Under the pieces are notes generated by a model, which was not told where the DNA came from, searched no databases, and saw nothing but the letters and a program-made list of their open reading frames with translations. A stretch of 64,000 bases of DNA from an uncultured Candidatus Saccharimonadales bacterium. Its GTDB lineage: Bacteria > Patescibacteriota > Saccharimonadia > UBA4664. A program made the position numbers and the translations under genes. Shown here in pieces: positions 56,060-64,000 of this stretch. Location: positions 19,906 through 83,905 of the forward strand of contig CAYXSN010000004.1 of assembly GCA_964467655.1 (NCBI GenBank), written 5' to 3'. Position 1 is the first letter of the stretch, and the number at the start of each line of letters is the position of its first letter.

Positions 56060-56131
56060 TGTCTTTGCGATGTTTCCTCACGGATGCATCAGCAATTACT
56101 ATGCGCTCTAGCTACTCAGCCGTTTTCCTAC

Positions 56132-58360
56132 TCACAAATACTCCGCGATCAGCGCCTTTTTGCTCTGTACGAGCTCGGCCGGGGTGCCTTCGAACATGAT
56201 CTGGCCGCCGGCGTTGCCGCCTTCGGGGCCGAGGTCGATGATCCAGTCCGCCTGGCGGATCACTTCTTGGTTGTGCTCGATGGTAATCACCGAGTTGCCG
56301 GCGTCTACCAGCCGGTTGATGATGGTGTGCAGGTGGGTGATGTCCGACATGTGCAGGCCGGTGGTGGGCTCGTCGAGCACGTAGATACTCCCCTGTTTGT
56401 GGAGCTCGCTGGCCAGCTTGATGCGCTGGCATTCGCCGCCGGAGAGTGAGCTTAAGGGCTGGCCGAGGCTGAGGTAATCGAGGCCGACGTCCGAGAGAGC
56501 TTGGAGCTTGTGGGCGATGTCTTTGATGTTGAAGAATTCGATGGCCTGGGCGACGGTGAGGTCGAGCACTTCGGTGATGGATTTGCCCTGATATTTGTAT
56601 TCCAGGACTTCGGGCTTGAAGCGCTTGCCCTCGCAGATATCGCAGGGCAGTTTGGCGTCGTCGAGGAAGGCCAGGTCGGTGGTCACAAAGCCCGCGCCTT
56701 TGCAGTTGTCGCAGGCGCCTTTAGAATTAAAGCTAAACAGTGCCACGTCGGCTTTGTTGGCCGTAGCGAAGGCTTTTCGAATAACATCCATAATCCCCGT
56801 GTACGTCGCGGGGTTGGAACGGGAGGATACACCAATGGGAGACTGATCGACCACGATGGCCTCGGGATGCTGCTTGAGGAAGACGTGGTTGATGAGGCTG
56901 GACTTGCCCGAGCCGGCCACGCCAGTGATGACGGTGAAGACGCCGGCGGGAATATTGACGTTGACGTGCTTGAGGTTATTGATGTGGGCGTCGGTGATGG
57001 GTAGTTGGCCGGTGGCGGGGCGGGGGTTTTCTTTGATGGGCAGGTGCGATTTGAGGTGGGTGCCGGTGAGGGTGTCGGCTCCCAGGAGTTCGGCGTAGGT
57101 GCCTTCAAAGACGATCTGTCCGCCGTTTGAGCCGGCTTTGGGGCCAACGTCGATGATGTGGTCGGCAGCCTGGATGACGTCGGGGTCGTGCTCTACCACA
57201 ATGACCGTGTTGCCGCGGTCGCGGAGGCGCTGGAGCAGTTCGTTGAGGCGGTGGACGTCTCTGGGGTGCAGGCCGACGCTGGGCTCATCAAAGATGTACA
57301 TGACGTCTACCAGTGAACCGTTGAGGTGCTTCACCATCTTGACACGCTGACTTTCGCCGCCGGACAGCGTGTCGGTGGGGCGGTCGAGGCTGAGGTAGCC
57401 CAGGCCGATATCGACGAGGTTGGTGAGGCGGTCGTGGAGGGTTCCCGTGATGGCCTTGGCTTCGGGCGACTTGATAGACTTGACCACTTCTAACAGTTGG
57501 TCGACCTGCATACTCGAAAGCTCGGCGATGTTGTGGCCTTCGACTTTTACGCCGAGCGCCTGTTGGCTGAGGCGGGCGCCGTGGCAGGTGGGGCACTTGC
57601 CCATGGTGATGAACGGTTCGATTTGCTTCTGGGTGCGTTCGCTCATGGTTTTGAGGTCGCGCAGGATGTACTTTTTGACGAAGGTATTTTCGAAGCCTTC
57701 GTAGGACAGATTGATGCCGTTGAACTTTACTTTGGTAGGCTCGGCGTGCAAGAACTCGTCCATCTCGGTGGCGGTAAAATCTTTGAGCGGCTTGGCGACG
57801 TTGACGCCGGCGGCCTTCATGACACCAAAGCCCCAGAAGTTGTCGCCGGAGTAGCCGGGCAGCTTGATGGCACCGTCTTCGATGGACAACGCGCGATCAA
57901 GCGCGGCATCGAGGTCGAGGGTCATTTGGCGGCCCATGCCGTTGCAGGCTGGACACATGCCGGCCGGGTCGTTGAATGAGAACATATTGGCGTAGCCGAT
58001 TTTGGGTGTGCCGACGCGGGAGAACATCAGGCGCATGGCGGTGGCAATGTCTGTCACGGTGCCGACGGTGGAGTGTGATCCCCCACCCAGCGGTTTTTGG
58101 TCGACGATGACGGCCATGGACAGGTTGGCGATGGAGTCGGCAGCCGGCTGCGTAAGGTGCGGCAGGAAGTTGCGCACAAACATGCTGAAGTTCTCGTTGA
58201 GCAAGCGCTGAGCTTCGGCGGCCACGGTATCAAATACCAGGCTGGATTTGCCCGAGCCGGACACGCCGGTGAAGACGGTGATTTGGCGCTTAGGGATGCG
58301 CACCGAGACGTTTTTGAGATTATTCTCGCGCGCACCTTTGATTTCGATATATTCCGGCAT
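56132..58360 (-). CDS. class II UvrA paralog (UvrA2-like ABC ATPase lacking the UvrB-binding domain)
   Basis: 742 aa. Collinear with UvrA (MPEYIEIKGARENNLKN...GVSGSGKSSL; two ABC modules; Zn-finger CxxC pairs). The roughly 150-aa segment between LMFSRVG and FSFNDPAGMCPACNG that forms the UvrB-binding domain in UvrA is absent. Strong RBS gggagg. Confidence 0.8.
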   Translation of the reverse strand: MPEYIEIKGARENNLKNVSVRIPKRQITVFTGVSGSGKSSLVFDTVAAEAQRLLNENFSMFVRNFLPHLTQPAADSIANLSMAVIVDQKPLGGGSHSTVGTVTDIATAMRLMFSRVGTPKIGYANMFSFNDPAGMCPACNGMGRQMTLDLDAALDRALSIEDGAIKLPGYSGDNFWGFGVMKAAGVNVAKPLKDFTATEMDEFLHAEPTKVKFNGINLSYEGFENTFVKKYILRDLKTMSERTQKQIEPFITMGKCPTCHGARLSQQALGVKVEGHNIAELSSMQVDQLLEVVKSIKSPEAKAITGTLHDRLTNLVDIGLGYLSLDRPTDTLSGGESQRVKMVKHLNGSLVDVMYIFDEPSVGLHPRDVHRLNELLQRLRDRGNTVIVVEHDPDVIQAADHIIDVGPKAGSNGGQIVFEGTYAELLGADTLTGTHLKSHLPIKENPRPATGQLPITDAHINNLKHVNVNIPAGVFTVITGVAGSGKSSLINHVFLKQHPEAIVVDQSPIGVSSRSNPATYTGIMDVIRKAFATANKADVALFSFNSKGACDNCKGAGFVTTDLAFLDDAKLPCDICEGKRFKPEVLEYKYQGKSITEVLDLTVAQAIEFFNIKDIAHKLQALSDVGLDYLSLGQPLSSLSGGECQRIKLASELHKQGSIYVLDEPTTGLHMSDITHLHTIINRLVDAGNSVITIEHNQEVIRQADWIIDLGPEGGNAGGQIMFEGTPAELVQSKKALIAEYL

Positions 58361-58476
58361 GGTACCTCCCGTTGCCTGGTGACTGACGTGTGAAGTAAGT
58401 GTAGCAAATACGGGTCCAGATGGCGCGGTGCGGGTGGTCGTTGTACGCCCATAGTTGCTCAGGTTAAGCTGTCATT

Positions 58477-59469
58477 ATGACTTCCCCGGAATCAAAATCG
58501 TCGATGCGGCCGGCAGCTGAGCTGGAGTTTACGGCTGATCATCAACAGGAGCTGATGGAAATCTTGCGGGCCGAGAAAGGCCCTGAGCCGGAGCGGATCG
58601 AATTGCGCGAGCGGGTCGGCATCGTGAGGTATAAGCCCGAATTTCCACGGGCTGATGAATCAACCAACAATTCCACTGAGCCGGCCATCCCTTTGGTGTT
58701 TATTCGTGGTATGGGTGATTCGGCGGCCGATGAATGGTACTTGGAAACGCTGGCCCGCATGGAGCAACGGGAAGTGATTGGCGTGGTCTATGACGGGCGG
58801 CTTCAAGGTAAAGCCCGCCGGGCCGAGGTCGAGGATTTGGCAGGGACGATTTCGGAGCTAGATGTTACTGAAGCAGTGGATGTGGCGGCCGTTCTGGCAA
58901 AACTAGGTATCACGCGGGTGGATTTGGCAGCAGAGTCACGCGGCGCGCAAGCAGCAATTATGCTCATGCGCGACCATCCCGAGCTGGTACGCAACGCGAC
59001 ATTGGAACATCCGGGTGGTTTGAACCGCCGGACTCCGCGGCAGCGGTACGTTGACGCGGCCCGCGAAGGCATTGCGCGGGCTTACCGAACTATGCGTTCC
59101 GGCCAAAAACGTCGTCCGTCTGAAGCTGCCGGAGCGGACCATGACGAAGGTATGCTGCTACGGTTGCGCAATAGCCACACCGAGCAACTCACGGTGGCCA
59201 GGGCACGCCTTGAGGAAGAGTTTGCCCAGTTGAGCCCTGACATCCATGTGGTCGTGACGGGCGACCGAGACGACAAGGCCTTCCGGTCGGAGGATTTGGC
59301 CGAAACGGTGCGCATAGCCCAAGCTGCCGGGGCGCAGGTGGAGTATGAAGAGACGAACTGGGGCGGCCACGGGCTGCACTATGATGAGCAGTCGATACAC
59401 GAGATGGTAGGCAGGCTGCGGCGGCTGGAACGCGGCCGAGCCGGATTGGCGGACGGTGATATCGAATGA
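58477..59469 (+). CDS. alpha/beta-hydrolase-fold protein, hypothetical
   Basis: 330 aa. Nucleophile-elbow-like AESRG. Low specificity. Confidence 0.4.
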   Translation: MTSPESKSSMRPAAELEFTADHQQELMEILRAEKGPEPERIELRERVGIVRYKPEFPRADESTNNSTEPAIPLVFIRGMGDSAADEWYLETLARMEQREVIGVVYDGRLQGKARRAEVEDLAGTISELDVTEAVDVAAVLAKLGITRVDLAAESRGAQAAIMLMRDHPELVRNATLEHPGGLNRRTPRQRYVDAAREGIARAYRTMRSGQKRRPSEAAGADHDEGMLLRLRNSHTEQLTVARARLEEEFAQLSPDIHVVVTGDRDDKAFRSEDLAETVRIAQAAGAQVEYEETNWGGHGLHYDEQSIHEMVGRLRRLERGRAGLADGDIE

Positions 59470-59539
59470 TCGAGACACCATGGCAGCGCAAACCCCGCCG
59501 TCAAACGTGGTACAACTAACGTACAACTACTATGAGGCA

Positions 59540-59929
59540 ATGATGAAACGAGTAACCGGTATCGGCGGCATTATGTTTAAGGCCAAGGACCCCAAGGCGT
59601 TGGGGGCCTGGTACAAAGAGCATTTGGGTATTGACGTGCAATCGTGGGGCGGGGCGGCGTTTGAGTGGGTTGATGACGCCGGCAAGCCGGTGGGCGGTAC
59701 CACGGCGTGGTCGGTAGTGGCTCATGATGCTGAGGCGTTTGCGCCCAGCCAGGCTCCATTTATGGTGAATTACCGCGTGGCCGACCTCGATGGCTTGATT
59801 GCAGCGCTACAGGAAGAGGGCTGCGATGTTCTCGACAAACCTGAGGTCTCTGAATATGGCAAATTTGGCTGGGTGATTGACCCTGAAGGTAACAAGGTGG
59901 AGCTGTGGGAGCCGCCAGCGGGGAAATAG
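59540..59929 (+). CDS. VOC (glyoxalase/bleomycin-resistance) family protein
   Basis: ATG 59540 with a gagg RBS. 129 aa. Pattern IGGIMFKAKDP...GWVIDPEGNKVELWE. Confidence 0.65.
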   Translation: MMKRVTGIGGIMFKAKDPKALGAWYKEHLGIDVQSWGGAAFEWVDDAGKPVGGTTAWSVVAHDAEAFAPSQAPFMVNYRVADLDGLIAALQEEGCDVLDKPEVSEYGKFGWVIDPEGNKVELWEPPAGK

Positions 59930-60034
59930 CTAGACTGAATGTAGCTGCGAGACTTTGCTTGCTATTTAGCTACTTTTGTGCTATAAAAGTATATGTTGGA
60001 TATCGATCCACCCGCCGCACCTGAAGGGATCACC

Positions 60035-60325
60035 ATGAAGCTCGAACAAGTCTGGCTGTTCCTCATGAGTGCCGTGTACTTTATGGGGTACACGATCTGC
60101 ATGTTCATCGGCATTGGCTTTGCGCCATCCGAGACCATAAGGCAGCGTGGCTTCCCGACGGCCAGCCTGATTGCCGTCGGTGCAGCTCTGACTTACCTGG
60201 TGATGATCATTCTCATCACTCTCAGGCCGGAGCGCTATCCCAAGAAAGCAATCCTCATCTGCCTCATGCAGGTGACCGGTTGGAGCGCCTTGGCATTGGC
60301 CGCTCTCGGCTGCAGTGCCATCTGA
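60035..60325 (+). CDS. small membrane protein (3 TM), hypothetical
   Basis: ATG 60035 (MKLEQVWLF). Confidence 0.45.
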   Translation: MKLEQVWLFLMSAVYFMGYTICMFIGIGFAPSETIRQRGFPTASLIAVGAALTYLVMIILITLRPERYPKKAILICLMQVTGWSALALAALGCSAI

Positions 60326-60414
60326 CATTTCACTACTGTGGGAGGCTTTGCGCCACCGACGACTCGCCAACTGGCCTGTGGTCGGTGGCGTTTCGTCGTT
60401 TTATGGCATCAGCC

Positions 60415-61974
60415 TTACGGCTGAGCGGCCTTAAGCTCTTCCAGCTCCTTGAGCGCCTGCCTCAGGGTGGCTTCGAGTTTGTCTACTTTGGCTTTGGTGT
60501 CGGCGGCGGGAGTAGTGGGGGCGCCGGGCGCGGCTGGAGCTGGCTTGGCCGAGGCGGGTTTGAGGGTGGCGGTGGCAATGAATGAGTTAATTTCGTCGTC
60601 GCCGGTGGCGCAGGTAACTTGGTTGTCTTTGGCCTGCACGAAGCAGGTTTCGTTGATGCCCTTGGCTTCGGTGGTGGTCACCGACACCATCCAGTAGAGC
60701 TGGCCCTGGACAAAGACGGGCCGGGGTTCGATGGCGATGATATTACCTGAGCCTGATGACTGTTCGCTGCTGTCAACCCGCCAGTTGTATTGGGGGCGGG
60801 CCGATTTGACGTAGCCGATGGCCTGGGCGGCGCCGGTGAGGGCGGCGTCTTGGGGCACGCTGTAGAGCTGGTGGCGGCCAGTAATGGCATTGGTAATGAA
60901 GACTTTATAGATACCAAACGACTTGCCCCAGGGATCGGCGGCCGTCACCCAGGCTAGGCCGTTGGCTGTGGCCAGCATGTAGGGCTGGGAGTTGGTTTCG
61001 CCGGGCGGGTCGGAGATTTCGGTCTGATCAACGTGCCGGAACCATTTGTTGATAATGCCGTTCTTGTAAGCATACGACTCGTGCACAAACCGCACATAGC
61101 TTTCGGGATAGAGCCGGCCGGCAGCTACCACGGCCGGGTGGGTTTTGGCCCGCTCGAGATTTAACTCTTCGATGCTACCATCGGCGGCCACCACAAAGGC
61201 ACCGTCGACTATGGGATACCGTATAAACCAACCGCGATAGGAAATGATGGGCGCTACGGCAAAGACTTTGTCGTTTACCTTGGCGTAGTAGACTTCGGGC
61301 AGGTCAACCAGATAGCGTTGTTTGTAGAGCTGCCAGCGGATGTTGTCGGCGAGCTGGACGCCTTCTGAAAGCTTGAAGGCTTGCTCGGTGGTTTGAGAGC
61401 GGCGCTGGGTGGTGGTGGCATCCACAACTTGAACGCCGCGGGCCTGGTCGAACCACTGCCGCACTGGGCTATTGGGCACTAGAGCGGTCACCCAGCTAAA
61501 CTTACCGTCCCACAACTGAGGGTGCCAGGAGTAGGCCCGCTCGGTGGAGCGTTGGAGCGAGTCGGCACCAAACCGCTCGGCCACCGGTAGTGGCACCAGG
61601 CGGCTCTGCTGGTCGGCCGGCAGGGTGGCAGTATCTTCGAAGGTATAGGCCTTGTAGGCCTGGCGGTAGCGCAGATCTGAAGCTGCCGCTTTGTAAAAAG
61701 CCGAGCCGGTCAACAGCAGTGCCCCGATCACCAGGAGGACGGCGTAGCTTAAGACGTTGACGCGCTTGGGGCGGCCAAGTTTGGTGCGCATATAGGCCTT
61801 GGCATAGAGGACGGCGGCAGTAATAAAGGCGATGGCGGCGGCCGTCATGAGGACGGTGCCGAGCGGCTCGATCCAGATCGACATAACGTAGCCATGGAAC
61901 AGCGGCCGGACGTACCAGGCGATAGCGATCAGTGCAATGAGGGGCAGGAGGATGATGATTTTGGTACGGTTCAT
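60415..61974 (-). CDS. membrane protein with a large extracytoplasmic domain and a C-terminal coiled coil, hypothetical
   Basis: 519 aa with 3 N-terminal TM helices. C-terminal KVDKLEATLRQALKELEELKAAQ. Confidence 0.55.
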   Translation of the reverse strand: MNRTKIIILLPLIALIAIAWYVRPLFHGYVMSIWIEPLGTVLMTAAAIAFITAAVLYAKAYMRTKLGRPKRVNVLSYAVLLVIGALLLTGSAFYKAAASDLRYRQAYKAYTFEDTATLPADQQSRLVPLPVAERFGADSLQRSTERAYSWHPQLWDGKFSWVTALVPNSPVRQWFDQARGVQVVDATTTQRRSQTTEQAFKLSEGVQLADNIRWQLYKQRYLVDLPEVYYAKVNDKVFAVAPIISYRGWFIRYPIVDGAFVVAADGSIEELNLERAKTHPAVVAAGRLYPESYVRFVHESYAYKNGIINKWFRHVDQTEISDPPGETNSQPYMLATANGLAWVTAADPWGKSFGIYKVFITNAITGRHQLYSVPQDAALTGAAQAIGYVKSARPQYNWRVDSSEQSSGSGNIIAIEPRPVFVQGQLYWMVSVTTTEAKGINETCFVQAKDNQVTCATGDDEINSFIATATLKPASAKPAPAAPGAPTTPAADTKAKVDKLEATLRQALKELEELKAAQP

Positions 61975-62508
61975 AGTGGGTTTATTCTATCACGAGCAGT
62001 GTTATAAGGTTTGGGCGCCCGCCAGGACATGAGTCCTGGCGGGCGCTGGCATGATCATCCACGGTGCCCTATCGGGTGCTCCATTTCTGGTATCAGCTGT
62101 TTGAACACATTGTGGTGGTGCCGGGTAGATGATGCGAATAGAACTGCATGCTCCCTAAGTTGAACTTCACGCTGCGGCCACACTCAGCACAAATCCTTTT
62201 CTCGGTGCGCGGTAGCTGCCCGACCTCAATGGGAGGTAGTGGTCTGTCCGGAAACGCTGGACCCCGAAAGGTCACTGGATCACTTGGGCCACTCTGTGCG
62301 GGGCGGGTATCGGGCAACACGATTGCGCGACTGTGTATGGAGAACCGGCGCACACCACGGCGAGGTTTCGGCATAGATCCCACCTAACGTTGTCTGGAGA
62401 TATACAAGGACGAGCTGGCAAATTCACGACTCTTGTGTATTTATATACTAAAAATGGTTATTTTGCAAGTATGATCGGCTGTTGCCTCTAGGGCTCATCA
62501 GGACTTAC

Positions 62509-63009
62509 CTACCTGACCTCAAATATCTGGACCGGGCCGCGCCAACGAGCAGTGTTCAACACCGTCTCGCGATACTGGCCGTTGGTGACGCCATGAATGA
62601 CACTGCGCCAAAACTGGATGGCGGATTGGTTTGTTGCCATTTGCGCTACCTCCCACTTGCCGGGGAATTGGGCAAACGTTTGGGCGGCGACTTGCGCCCC
62701 TACCCCACCACGGCGGAACGCTGGAGCAATATAGAATTCTGCAATGGCATGAGCGTGAGGTTCAACAAGTGTGTGGGTATTGACGAGTACGAACCCGGCG
62801 ACTTCATGGCCGACCAGAATGAAGTACGCCGTCCGCTCGGGGTCGGTGAAGTAATGCGGTAAATATTTGTAGGTGGCAATATCGGCTTCGCTGTGGCCAC
62901 TGTATGGTAACAATTCGCTTTGGTAATCAGATAAAAGCTGGGATAAACGAGGCTCATCTGCTTTGGTAGCGGGTTTTAAACTTATGGCCGGGTTTTGCAT
63001 GTGTTTCAT
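62509..63009 (-). CDS. GNAT family N-acetyltransferase
   Basis: Start at ATG 63009 or 63000. Pattern YFILVGHEVAGFVLV...FYIAPAFRRGGVGAQ. Confidence 0.65.
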   Translation of the reverse strand: MKHMQNPAISLKPATKADEPRLSQLLSDYQSELLPYSGHSEADIATYKYLPHYFTDPERTAYFILVGHEVAGFVLVNTHTLVEPHAHAIAEFYIAPAFRRGGVGAQVAAQTFAQFPGKWEVAQMATNQSAIQFWRSVIHGVTNGQYRETVLNTARWRGPVQIFEVR

Positions 63010-63063
63010 TGTAGCGCGGATTTGGCCGGAACGAGCCTGGGAGGCTGTTGCTATACTTGGTGC

Positions 63064-63558
63064 ATGAAGAAACTTTTTACCGATGATGACGCGGCGGCCT
63101 TGGTTGATTGCGCGGTACAATTGTGCCGTACTACCACAACTGATGACAACAAGCCTAAACCGGTGGCCATTTGCTGCATCGCCTACCAGCCTGACGTGAT
63201 GGCAGTACCAACCGTTTCACGGAGGATGGACGGCGCCAAGGCACTAAGCGTGACCACTGCACTCCACAAAGCCTTTACCGTGTTGGCCTACAGAGCCGAT
63301 TCCATTAAGCACGCCAATAAGATAACGGATGGTTCGTGGTCTGAGGTAGATATGCTGTTTCGTCAGACGACGGCGCCGATGTTTTGCCCATGGGACGGCG
63401 GCATCATGGTAATGAACGACGAGGGGCAGCTGCTATGCGCCCTGGCCTGTGCCGGCCGCAGCTCCGAAGGCGACCGCCGTCTCATGGTGCTGGCCGCGCA
63501 TAAGATGGGTTATAAAACCAATTTTAATGAGCATGGGGAGCCAATTAAGGCAGGTTGA
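63064..63558 (+). CDS. GlcG/HbpS-like (DUF336) protein
   Basis: ATG 63064. RMDGA, WDGGIMV and ACAGRSSEGD match the DUF336 pattern. Confidence 0.55.
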   Translation: MKKLFTDDDAAALVDCAVQLCRTTTTDDNKPKPVAICCIAYQPDVMAVPTVSRRMDGAKALSVTTALHKAFTVLAYRADSIKHANKITDGSWSEVDMLFRQTTAPMFCPWDGGIMVMNDEGQLLCALACAGRSSEGDRRLMVLAAHKMGYKTNFNEHGEPIKAG

Positions 63559-63560
63559 CC

Positions 63561-64000
63561 TTAAGCATCAATCACGACGTTTTTGGCCAGCGTTTTGAAA
63601 CGTCCACCATCGGCTTGCACGACAGTAATGGTGACGGCGCCGGTTTTACTAGTTTTGATATCGGTGACGGTGCCGGATTTGCCGACGTGCGTCCCGTTCA
63701 CGACCCGGCACTGTGCGGCGGCGCGTACTGGATTGATCTGGTCAACAAATTCACCCAACGCCTGATTTATCTCGGCAATAACTTCTGGCCGGCGGCGGTA
63801 GATGTGGTCGGCATCGACTACGACGAGCTTTTTTGGCTCCGCCGCGGCATGGTAGGCCGCCTCGACGATCTCGGGCTTAACCGTTGTGTCTTGCCGGCCG
63901 GCAATGAATAACTTGGGCTTAGATAACTTGCATAGATCACCGAGCAGATTGTACTGCTGGGTATCTTCGACTACTGAATACGGGACGACAAAGTGCTGCT
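63561..64000 (-). CDS. alpha/beta hydrolase (dienelactone-hydrolase-like) with a C-terminal KOW/Tudor-like tail, 5'-partial
   Basis: The frame is open to the window end (…KLFIAGRQDTTV…VVVDADHIY…). The listed 65-aa ORF is only the C-terminal piece, starting at an internal TTG. Confidence 0.5.
   Translation of the reverse strand, partial: QHFVVPYSVVEDTQQYNLLGDLCKLSKPKLFIAGRQDTTVKPEIVEAAYHAAAEPKKLVVVDADHIYRRRPEVIAEINQALGEFVDQINPVRAAAQCRVVNGTHVGKSGTVTDIKTSKTGAVTITVVQADGGRFKTLAKNVVIDA

Noticed and set aside
62093-62387. Overlapping small ORFs (96 aa minus, 79 aa plus) in the 61975..62480 intergenic region
   Set aside because: No RBS, no domain and no confident strand. Only a single CxxC motif is present. 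Not called.

Overview
This is a gene-dense bacterial window of high overall GC. Class E-type sortase, an AftD-like giant glycosyltransferase, cytochrome bd and a class-II UvrA suggest a high-GC Gram-positive (Actinobacteria-like) genome. I cannot confirm the taxon.

Several visibly AT-richer segments are embedded in it (GC was judged by eye, not measured).

Housekeeping and core genes:
- cytochrome bd oxidase cydAB
- FolD
- class-2 dihydroorotate dehydrogenase PyrD
- a sortase next to an L-type-lectin/DUF11-like surface substrate
- a two-component histidine kinase with a single-domain response regulator, plus a second paralogous CheY-like regulator
- an MFS transporter, an HxlR-type regulator, Nudix, GNAT, VOC and alpha/beta-hydrolase genes
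- two cell-envelope glycosylation operons: GT2-GT2-GT4 with an AftD-like 1300-aa GT-C protein, and a flippase-GT2(Ppm-like)-GT4 set

Accessory features of interest:
1. tRNA-Glu(TTC) is followed by two tandem integrase-less cassettes. They are bounded by direct repeats of the tRNA 3' end. They carry a truncated ThrRS-like aminoacyl-tRNA-synthetase paralog, a YciI-like protein and a membrane protein. Each cassette has a duplicated sigma70-like promoter module.
2. A low-GC pair resembling the ornithine/aminolipid synthases OlsB and OlsA sits next to an EgtD-like N-methyltransferase.
3. A ParB/sulfiredoxin-like gene is translationally coupled to a protein with a class-III-cyclase-homology domain, beside a RibD_C pseudogene remnant.
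4. A strongly AT-rich class-II Fic gene lies beside a class-II UvrA that lacks the UvrB-binding domain.
5. A protein with four tandem HTH repeats is bracketed by nested direct repeats.
6. A HEPN-like (Rx4HG) protein sits with a TehB-like methyltransferase.
7. Three families of repeated palindromic hairpins recur across the window.

No CRISPR array, rRNA or recognisable integrase/transposase catalytic domain was seen.
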